The notes beneath the pieces are model-generated. The model was not told the origin of the DNA. It saw only the letters and a list, made by a program, of their open reading frames with translations, and made no database searches. The position numbers were made by a program, and so were the translations under genes. Of a stretch of 64,000 nucleotides of DNA, positions 28,007 through 36,800 are shown piece after piece (the first letter of the stretch is position 1; each line of letters begins with the position of its first letter). The stretch is from a virus, in the IMG/VR virus record IMGVR_UViG_3300022562_000726; one strand, written 5' to 3'.

Positions 28007-28274
28007 CGAAGGAAAGAAGGCGCTGGAAATAGCACTAAACCTTTCACAACATGTAAACCACATATCTGTCAGCCAAAAGGCCCGCAAATACGTTGCCGAT
28101 CTGGAAGCCGAGCGTGACAGGCTGTTGGATCAGCAAGAGCGGTTGATGGAAGTTTTGTGGCAACTGCTTGACGATATGGGCGATGATGGTCTGTGCGTCT
28201 GCAAGGCGGCAAAAGATGACGCAAATGCTGCTTATGATGAGATAGCCAGCACACTAAAGGACACACAGCCATGA
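27993..28274 (+). CDS. Hypothetical protein
   Basis: AAGGAGA ribosome-binding site before the ATG at 27993. Confidence 0.45.
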   Translation: MNADSEGKKALEIALNLSQHVNHISVSQKARKYVADLEAERDRLLDQQERLMEVLWQLLDDMGDDGLCVCKAAKDDANAAYDEIASTLKDTQP

Positions 28275-28663
28275 AGGACAATAGACAGCATGACCTCTTT
28301 GAAAAAGCCGAATGCCAAAATAGTGGCGGTGTTGCAAGCACTGGCCATGCTGCAAGAACTTTGCGAGACGCAGGGATGCTCCGTGTTCTTGAGAAGTCCG
28401 GGGATTGGAAAGAACAAGCCTCTCTTTTTGTGTCAACCTTGGGGGATTTCAAAGGAACCGCAGAAGATTTAAGGTTAATAATGAGGGAAAAGATAGGTGA
28501 TCCTCATCATCATAACGCTTGGGGTGGTATGATAAACGGTGCTGTTCGGCAAGGGTACTTGATAAAAGTGGACATGGGCCAGATGAAAACACCAAAAAGC
28601 CACGCCCGCAGCACACCAGTGTATGTTTCAAGGAGTACGTGGAATAGGAATTATAATAATTAA
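28271..28663 (+). CDS. Hypothetical protein
   Basis: ATGA overlap. Confidence 0.45.
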   Translation: MKDNRQHDLFEKAECQNSGGVASTGHAARTLRDAGMLRVLEKSGDWKEQASLFVSTLGDFKGTAEDLRLIMREKIGDPHHHNAWGGMINGAVRQGYLIKVDMGQMKTPKSHARSTPVYVSRSTWNRNYNN

Positions 28664-28678
28664 ATCAAGGAGTTAACA

Positions 28679-29068
28679 ATGTCTGATAATGTAATCAGCA
28701 TAGCTGACAAACTGAAAAAGGACACCGGAACGCAATGGGTTTTCTCCATGGCGTTCAGCAAGGACGGGGATGGGTGGACTTCTGAAATACTGGAAGTGAA
28801 CAAGGATTCATTGCCGGACAAGGAACCGGCTGAAGCAATCCGGTATTTCTCCGAAGGCTTGGATGAGATGGCCTTCACGCTCCGCTACAGGGCAGAGCAG
28901 ATACTGGAGAGCGAACGTGGCGCTATCGTTGCCAGCATCCATGTCTACTACAATGGGGATGTTGATTTGAGGCTGGACAAGAAACGCCTCAATACGGAAT
29001 ACAAAAAAGAATGGCTCAATGAACGGATCGACAAGGCCAAGGATGAAGTATTGAAGTTGGAGGAATAA
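28679..29068 (+). CDS. Hypothetical protein
   Basis: AAGGAG ribosome-binding site. Confidence 0.5.
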   Translation: MSDNVISIADKLKKDTGTQWVFSMAFSKDGDGWTSEILEVNKDSLPDKEPAEAIRYFSEGLDEMAFTLRYRAEQILESERGAIVASIHVYYNGDVDLRLDKKRLNTEYKKEWLNERIDKAKDEVLKLEE

Positions 29069-29278
29069 TCATTCTTCCGTCTTGCCTGTCTTCAGCCATG
29101 CCTCGTCTTCATCGATGGAGTGAAATTCCCTTGGTGAATCATTGTGTTCGAACTTGAACCTGTACCTGATGTATGCTGCGCTGGCACTGTTTATGAAATC
29201 ATCGGCTGCAAGAATAAGGGCACGGTTGATATTGCCTCCATTCTTCAGCCATATGTTAATCAAGTCTCTGCGTGTCAT
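29069..29278 (-). CDS. Hypothetical small protein
   Basis: ORF overlapping the upstream stop. Confidence 0.4.
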   Translation of the reverse strand: MTRRDLINIWLKNGGNINRALILAADDFINSASAAYIRYRFKFEHNDSPREFHSIDEDEAWLKTGKTEE

Positions 29279-30495
29279 GGTATTACAATCTCTATGTTGC
29301 CGCGTGAACCCTTGTCATGGTGATAGATAAATGCCCGCATGGAGCGGCCCCCGAGATAACCATGATGTGCATGGTATGCATCCTTCTCCGTCGTAGCCCT
29401 ATGCTGAAACACCTGCACCCCGCCTTCTTCCAATTCTACCCTGTGATGCAGGTGCCCTGTGTGGAAGTGTCTGGTGGTGGTGACCGCCCAATCTTCCTTG
29501 CACCTGTTAGCCATTATCATCGGAAGCTGCGCTAACTTCGTCTTGTCCCCGTGGACCCCGCCAATCAGGTTCACGCCGAACCTTTTGAAGTAGAATGGAT
29601 CGGGGGACAGATCGACCTGAACCCTTTCGGTATTTCTCCAGTAGGATCGGAGTGCCATCCTCAAGCCGACTGTGCTTGCCTCGTCATGGTTCCCCGGCTT
29701 GAACACCAGTTCAACTTCGTCATGCTTGGCAGCGACCCGCTCCGTGTTCTCCTGAACAAGATCGCATAGTGTCTCAAGGCACTTGGCGTAGCGTGTGTCA
29801 CTGTCAAGCACATTGCCTGAACGCTGCGTGATCGGGAGGATGGTGTCCTGATTGAGGAGGTCGCCCAATCCAAGGACGATTGCTCTCTGCGATTTCGGTG
29901 CGGCATCGATGACTTCCCTGATGGTGTCGTTCATCACCGTTCGGGCTATGCCCAAGTCCCAATCGCCTTCGCCAGTCTCAAGACCCCAACTGTACAGGCC
30001 GATATGCCAGTCGGTCCAAATGTATACTGTCAGCTTGTCGTCTTCTGTCTTGGCAGGCTTCGACAGTCTTGGTGCCAGTGGAGTGAAATTCCTGAAAGAT
30101 TCCTCGAATGTCTTTGCGAGGTTTTCTGGACTTCGCTCTTCGGTAGTCTTGATCCACTGCTGGATGATCCTGCCTTCGGCATCTACAAGTGTGGACTGGC
30201 CCTTTACCCTGTGGTTTTCTGGTGCCTCGTATGGGGTAGGTCGCTCTTGACGCTGCTGAACGAACTTCCGTACCAGATTTCCTTCGTCGTCATACACGGC
30301 TGTACTTTTATAGAGGACGAAGCCGGGAAGAACAGGTTCGGTTCCAAGCAGGCCGCGTTCTGCCGCTGCAAGAACGGCCCTGCGTATCGTGTTGTCAGAA
30401 ACTCCTAGCGCACGACCCGCTGCGGACAGACTGCCGTGTTCGAGGTAAGCTTTGTATCTAGCCAAAGCCTCCTCGTCAGTAATAGCGTTAGCCAT
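29275..30495 (-). CDS. HTH domain fused to calcineurin-like metallophosphoesterase
   Basis: N-terminal LSAAGRALGVSDNTIRRAV HTH; DWH, GDLLN, GNHDE and GHLHH metallophosphatase motifs. Confidence 0.7.
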   Translation of the reverse strand: MANAITDEEALARYKAYLEHGSLSAAGRALGVSDNTIRRAVLAAAERGLLGTEPVLPGFVLYKSTAVYDDEGNLVRKFVQQRQERPTPYEAPENHRVKGQSTLVDAEGRIIQQWIKTTEERSPENLAKTFEESFRNFTPLAPRLSKPAKTEDDKLTVYIWTDWHIGLYSWGLETGEGDWDLGIARTVMNDTIREVIDAAPKSQRAIVLGLGDLLNQDTILPITQRSGNVLDSDTRYAKCLETLCDLVQENTERVAAKHDEVELVFKPGNHDEASTVGLRMALRSYWRNTERVQVDLSPDPFYFKRFGVNLIGGVHGDKTKLAQLPMIMANRCKEDWAVTTTRHFHTGHLHHRVELEEGGVQVFQHRATTEKDAYHAHHGYLGGRSMRAFIYHHDKGSRGNIEIVIP

Positions 30496-30508
30496 ACTCC
30501 CACTCCAA

Positions 30509-30880
30509 TCATCTTTGGGTATCCCTTCTGTCTCTTGTAAGTTTCTCTATCAGGTCAACGAGCCTGTCGAGTTGACGTTTGTTTTCATTAAGCGTGGATT
30601 CCATGCCGCTGATGCGGCTCTGCAATTCACTTATAACTTTCTGGTTATCGTCCCGCTTGGTTGAAAGCGAGGTCAACTGCATATCGAATTGCTTATGTTC
30701 CTTGTCACGGATGGTTATATCGTTGGAGACTTTCTCCTTGATGACGCCAATGTCGGCTGTGTTCTTGGCGATGCGGTCATTGACACCAAGGTAGAACCCG
30801 AACAGCGCGAACAGCATCCCGAGTACAGTGAGGATATTCCCTGCTGAAACAGTGCGATCAAACTTGACACCAGTCATCAT
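30509..30880 (-). CDS. Membrane-anchored coiled-coil protein
   Basis: One transmembrane helix (ILTVLGMLFALFGFYLGV) then a coiled coil. Confidence 0.5.
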   Translation of the reverse strand: MMTGVKFDRTVSAGNILTVLGMLFALFGFYLGVNDRIAKNTADIGVIKEKVSNDITIRDKEHKQFDMQLTSLSTKRDDNQKVISELQSRISGMESTLNENKRQLDRLVDLIEKLTRDRRDTQR

Positions 30881-33800
30881 GTCCCTCCCATTACTTCCAG
30901 ACCAAGACCCACAAGCTGGTTCTGGCGCTCTTTAAGCATCAGAATTATACGGGATTTTTCCGCTTCGGGGATCGACTTGTTCCTTTGTATCGACTTGATT
31001 TGACGCGATATTTTGCGTCTTTCACTTTCAATTGAGTTCACTTGCTGAGTGAGCCTGTACTCAACCGGATGTTCAGCCATCACGTTAAGGTAATGCTGGC
31101 TGTCACCGCTCATCGCAGCCAGCCGGAGTTCCTGCCGCACTGCCATTACCTTGTCGCGCTTGGTGATGTACCTCTCAAGATCGTTACGAGAGGACATGTT
31201 GCCGATGTAGCGCCGGACCATGGGGACGTCGTTGGCCGAAATGTCTCCGGTCTTTACCCATTCCTGAACAATGTTCTGCGACATTGGAACGAACGGCATG
31301 AAATCCCACAGCCTTCTGACAAAAGTACCGGCACCACCCGTAGCGTAATCGACAAGATACTCGATGGAGTTCGGTGATACTTCTACCAGACCGGGGAGAT
31401 AGGTTCCCTGTGAACCGGATAGTCTGCTCATCCAGTCAGCCACACTGATTGCCAGAGGGTTGGTGTTGTTCCAGTAAAGCTGGCTGTCCTTCACCTTCGG
31501 TCCATAGGCAGCCCCTTCAGGCGATATTGGTGCCCCCGTGAAGTTCTTTCCGTAGGTCAGGTCAACAATAGGATCGGCTATGGTCGGGGCAAGGAAGTTG
31601 ATGAAGGCGTTGCCGCCTGTTCCCCATGGATTCAGGGCATCAAGATAAGAACCGGCGATGGTGTTGAATGTTTCTCCTGCATTGTATTTGCCACGAGCGG
31701 CACGGCTCATCGCCCTGCCTGAATTGTAGACGGCATTCATCAGGTAAGGGAGAGGAATCTTGATATAGCTTTTTCCGTTTGGATCGAAGATGTTGGGCAG
31801 GATAATGTTGTGTTCGAGAATCCAGTCCTTCATGTCATCGTATTCATCAGGCATGAGAGTGGACATGAGCAGGTCCTGCATCACGCCAGCAAGCATGATG
31901 GTTCCCCACATTCTCCGCATCTTCTTGGAGCGGATCAATGGATTGATAAGTGCCATCGATCCCTGCATGGATGCATTGAAGAAGAGATACATGGAGTTCC
32001 AGAAAGGCTTCTGGTTGCCGCCTGCATTGAAGTTGATGGTCAGTTCCTTGGCACCGTATGCGGCCCTGTCCATGGCTTCTTGGGGAGTGGCACCCATCTC
32101 GATGTAGGCATCCCGCATCGCCTTGTATGACGCCAGTCGTACTCCGTTCTCAATGGCAAGGTTTATGTCCTCGACAAGCTGGCCGGTTGATCTGAACAGT
32201 TTCCTGCCGAAGTCCTTCATCTTGGACGGGTCTTCAGTGGCAAGCCGTTCGACCGTTTTCATCGTGTCATTTATGTCACGCAATCCCATGAAGGCTGACA
32301 TGCCGCCACGGCGGCGGAACTCAAGGAAGGTATCGGTCCAAGAATCGGTGTAGCTGTTATCCCTCGTGTAACGGAAAATCGAGTAGAGGGAAGGCAGCGT
32401 GTCCTTGGCAACACGCCCTCGTATTCCCTCTATACCCTGCTCCGACAGGTTCAGCATTGCTGTCTGGAAGTCACGCGGGAAGTTGGAAAGCCAGAACTCC
32501 GGGTTGAACGAGGTGCTTAACTGGCCAAGGAAATGATTGACCTTCAAGAAGGTCTTCATCACAACACCGAGGCCTGCATTTCCGAGAGACGATTTGACTG
32601 TCAGGGCTTCCGCCACACGCGGATCGGAGAACTGGATGTATGTTTCCTTGATGTTTCCGTCTTCACCCATTTCCTTGACTGTCAGAATATCCTTGCGGTT
32701 CTGGAAGCCGAGGTCTGTCATCCTGCGGACGGAACCGGTCCTGCTGTCGAGACCCCACTTGACGGGGCGTGTCTCAATGATCTGTGCCGCACCCAAGGTG
32801 AGGTCTGGATTGTCACGGATGAACTGGAGGAATGACCGGCCAACCTCATTCTTCTTTGCCCTGATGATGGCTTCTTCATTCTGGAGGATGGCATTGGAAA
32901 TGATATGTGAGGCAAGGCGGCGGCGACCCAATGCACTCATGTCTTCCTTGCCGCGTATCGAGTATCCCTTGCCGGTACGGGCAAAGATGTTGGCGTCTTC
33001 GTCTTCGTTGAAATGTTCCTCCAGCCAACCCTTCAGGGGCGCATAGTCCTGATAGTTGGCCCGTGTCTCTATCTGCGTGAAGTCAGGAGAAATTTGTCCG
33101 GCAACCCTGCGGGCATTGGTGTTGGCGATGAGCCTGCGGAACATTGAACGGATGGAGTTCTCGTTTCGAAGGTCGGTCAATTTGGCCGCAAGATCGGGAC
33201 GTCCGAAGACATAGTTTAGGATAGCTTCGGCATGGTCATCGGACATGCCGGACCCTGCATTGTACTGGTCGGTACGAACATCAGCGACGCGCTCATTGCG
33301 AAGCCGCATTTCCGCGTTTCTCTCTTGCGCATGGAGGGCGTAGAGAATCAGTTCGGCCATGGCGAGGTTGCGTCCCTGTGCCCTCTCTCCTGTAGCCTCG
33401 TCAGTGATTTCTGCGTAGTTGTTGATGATGTCTTCTGCGCTCTGATTGAGAGCGGCCAGTTCGTTCAGCGTCTGGCTTGAGATGCCAAGAGAATGGATGC
33501 GGTCGATGAAGGGCGTGTACAGGTCCTTCTGCCTGTCCTGCAATTCGGCGTCGGTCTGTCCGGGGAACAGGCGCTCCTTCAGGAAAGTATCGTTGTCATT
33601 GGTAACGGTCCCGCCTTCCTTGCGCACCATGTCAATCAGTTCAGCCACACCAACCATGCGGTCCTGAAGGTTATAAATGCCGCTGTCCACGAGCCTGTCG
33701 AAGCGATGCTTGTATTTATCCGGCAGGATAGTGTTCAGTTTCTTCAGTGTTGGGGCGAGATTGTTGTAAGTTGCTGCTTGGAGCATCTGTTCCCAACGCT

Positions 33801-36800
33801 CACGCGACATGTGGTCATTGACACGTTCACCGAGAGGGGCTGTTGCCGCCCATTGCGGATTGCTGCCATCAGGTGCCGGGACGGAAGACCAATCATAGCG
33901 TGGATCGAGTTTGCTCCATGATCCCCTGTTGTAGATTGACTTGGCCTGCCACTTCTCAAGAGGGATGAATGAATCTTCGCCGGGGCTTTCGATGGTGTTT
34001 TCGTAGACCCACCCGTCGTAACCGGCACGCTTCATGGCCTTGGTGAGTTCCGCTGCCTTGACTTCAGGGTTCCTGATGTTGGTCAGGAACATCCTTGTAT
34101 TGTCACCGAATGCTCCGCCCGCCTGCGTGAATAGAATAAGATCGTCGAGCGTGTGGTTACGTCCATCATCCTCAATACGGAGCGGGTTCCTGATGGACAT
34201 GAACATTGGATACAGACGGGCACCGTCAAACCAGTTGTCCGATTCGATGTTCATCAACGCATAACGAGTATCGTTGTCGAGCATCGTCCACCAGTCCTTC
34301 AGTTCATCTTCGTAGTTGTTTCCGTAAATGTCGTACTTCCGCCCGCTCTCTATTTCTGCCATCTCTTCAGGAGTGAAGACCCCCTCTTTTGTGGCTATGT
34401 GGTAGAGACGGTACTTGTCCTGCTCAAGGAAGTCGGCCATGCCAGCAAAGGCGAGGCGGTCATGGGCTGCTTGTATTGTGCCGAAGTGGGAGAAATGATT
34501 GAACTCTGGGAACTCGTGACGTTGCTGGCCGCGCACAAGTATCTTGCGAGTGGAGTGATACATCACCGCAGGCTCGCCATTCTGATCGACAACCTTCGAA
34601 AGACCGAACCAGTGCTTGAAGTTGCTGTCTTCTTTCAGACGAGCATGAAGGTTTTCCAGTGCCTTGGGTGAAGGCATGGCAGAGAAAACAGGGAAGGCTT
34701 CATGAAGGGCAGTTGTTTTCAACTCGTCCGTCATGTTCATCTGGAAGCGCGGAACGAGAGGATTATGGTTGGCATCCCCTTCGATGGGAATATCCATCTG
34801 CTGGCGCATGAGCAGATCAAATTCTGGAGCGGTTATGTCTGCTTTCTTGAGAGCATCGATAACCTGTTCCGTGGAGTATCTTTCATACCAAGTTCTAATC
34901 TGCGATAGCTGTTTGTCTCCCTCAAGGTATATATGCCTTTCATCTTCTGAAGAAGCAGTCTCTGCACCATGCTTGAATATGTCATTGAGGGTACTGCGAC
35001 CTGCTTCATACTCATTCCACATGTATTGCCACATAGGCTGGCTTAAACCAGCAACATGGGCGGCATCGGAAATGTCTTGATACTTTATATCTTGGTAGGA
35101 TTGTGTAGGTCTTTGATTTGAAAGGATATTTGCGGCGGCACGAAGCCTTACCTGCATGTCTTCATTGCGTGTGTTGTTCGCTGCTTCAGTGAAGAATGCA
35201 GGGTCGATAGGACCAAGTGCAGCCATATCCTGCGCTATGTTGTCATAGGTCAGGCCTTGCCCTTCGGTCGGATCGATGTACTGGATTTCAGCACCGTATT
35301 TCTTGAAGAACTTCTTGGCCCATGAACCGAGACGGCGCGTGTAGAAATCCATGATGCCGGAATATTCTTCGGCATATGGGTCAGGGTATCCTTCGGTAAG
35401 GGCTACACTTTCCTCGTTGCCATGCCACGCGACACCATCAAGGCCCTGTTCGGCTGCGTGTTGAACAAGCTTCTTGAATGCGAACTGATCCCACGTAGTC
35501 TTGAATGGTGCCTGTGGAATCTTGTAGGCCGATTCCAGATCATGACGCTGCATCTCAAGACGATTGATTTCCCTGTCAAGGGCATCGCGCTCGTTACGCA
35601 ATCTGGAATAATCCGGGCCGGGGGTCTTGGCCGCAGCCCGCATCTCATTGTCTTTTACACTATACTGAGCGCGGACCTCATCGATCTTCTTGCGCAGTTT
35701 GTCTATGCGGGGCTGAACATCCTCGCCCTCATATCCATATCTCCTGCCACGCTGATGAACGTCGGACTGTATTTCTTCGATGAACAGGATTTTCTTGCCG
35801 TCGGCATAGTCACGAACCTTGGTGCGGGCAGAGACAACAATATTTCTCTTGCCGCCGAAATGCCCACTGACTGCAAAGCCATCCAAAAGTTGCGGGAGGG
35901 TAAAGACAAATTCCTTGTACTGATCGCCACCTTCTTGTGTGGTGCTTTCATGGAATGGTTCTCTTAATGCATCGAACTCAAGCTGGCGAAGTTCTTGTGC
36001 TTCATTAGCATATTTCTTGTTATTGTTTATTTGATCGTTGATCCAAGCTTCGAAGCTTAAATCATGGGCATTGGTATCTTCGTAGTATGCGGTCGAAAGA
36101 TGTTCATCGAGAACAGCGTGCCGGTTATAATCTTCCGACGACATTCCACCGTATATTTTTTCTTGGGGGATGATAGCCAGCGAGTTGGCCCTGATGAATT
36201 TCTGGAGTTCTGCCTTGTCTACCTGCCCTCCGCCTTCTTCCTGAAGGGTTTCGAGCCACTGCTCAAGGCCAAGCCATTGGCGTTCCTCTGGCTTTATCTG
36301 CTGCTGGTTCTTGAGGAAACCAAGCCATTGCTTGGGCGTCATGGTTTCCTGCGGGACCCGCTCGATAGCCTTGTCTGTCTGAAGATAGAATGGCTTGATC
36401 GGAACCTGCGACCAGACTGGACCGAGCCTGTCTCTCATGGCAGCTTTCGATCCTGCTTCCCTCTGGCCAATCTGGCCGGACAGGATGTCCTGCATTGTCT
36501 TCAGTGCCAATGGGTTATTCTTCTCGACACCTACAAGACGCTTGATGAAATCAAATATCTTCTGAAGAATATTTCTATGTTGCTTGGTAAAGCTGTCAGG
36601 CTTCTCACGGTAAGCCCTTGTCATCTCCGCCACTGCTTCCTCATGGATATTGGCAGTAGGGTTCTGTGCATTCAGGGCTTGAGCGCGGTCCATCCAAGTG
36701 AACCGCTGGCCGGGGACTTTCTGGTTGGCAAGGGATTTCAGGGCCGACCATTCCTGTGGCGTGAACAGGCCAAGATCACGAAGCACATGAACTGCTTCAT

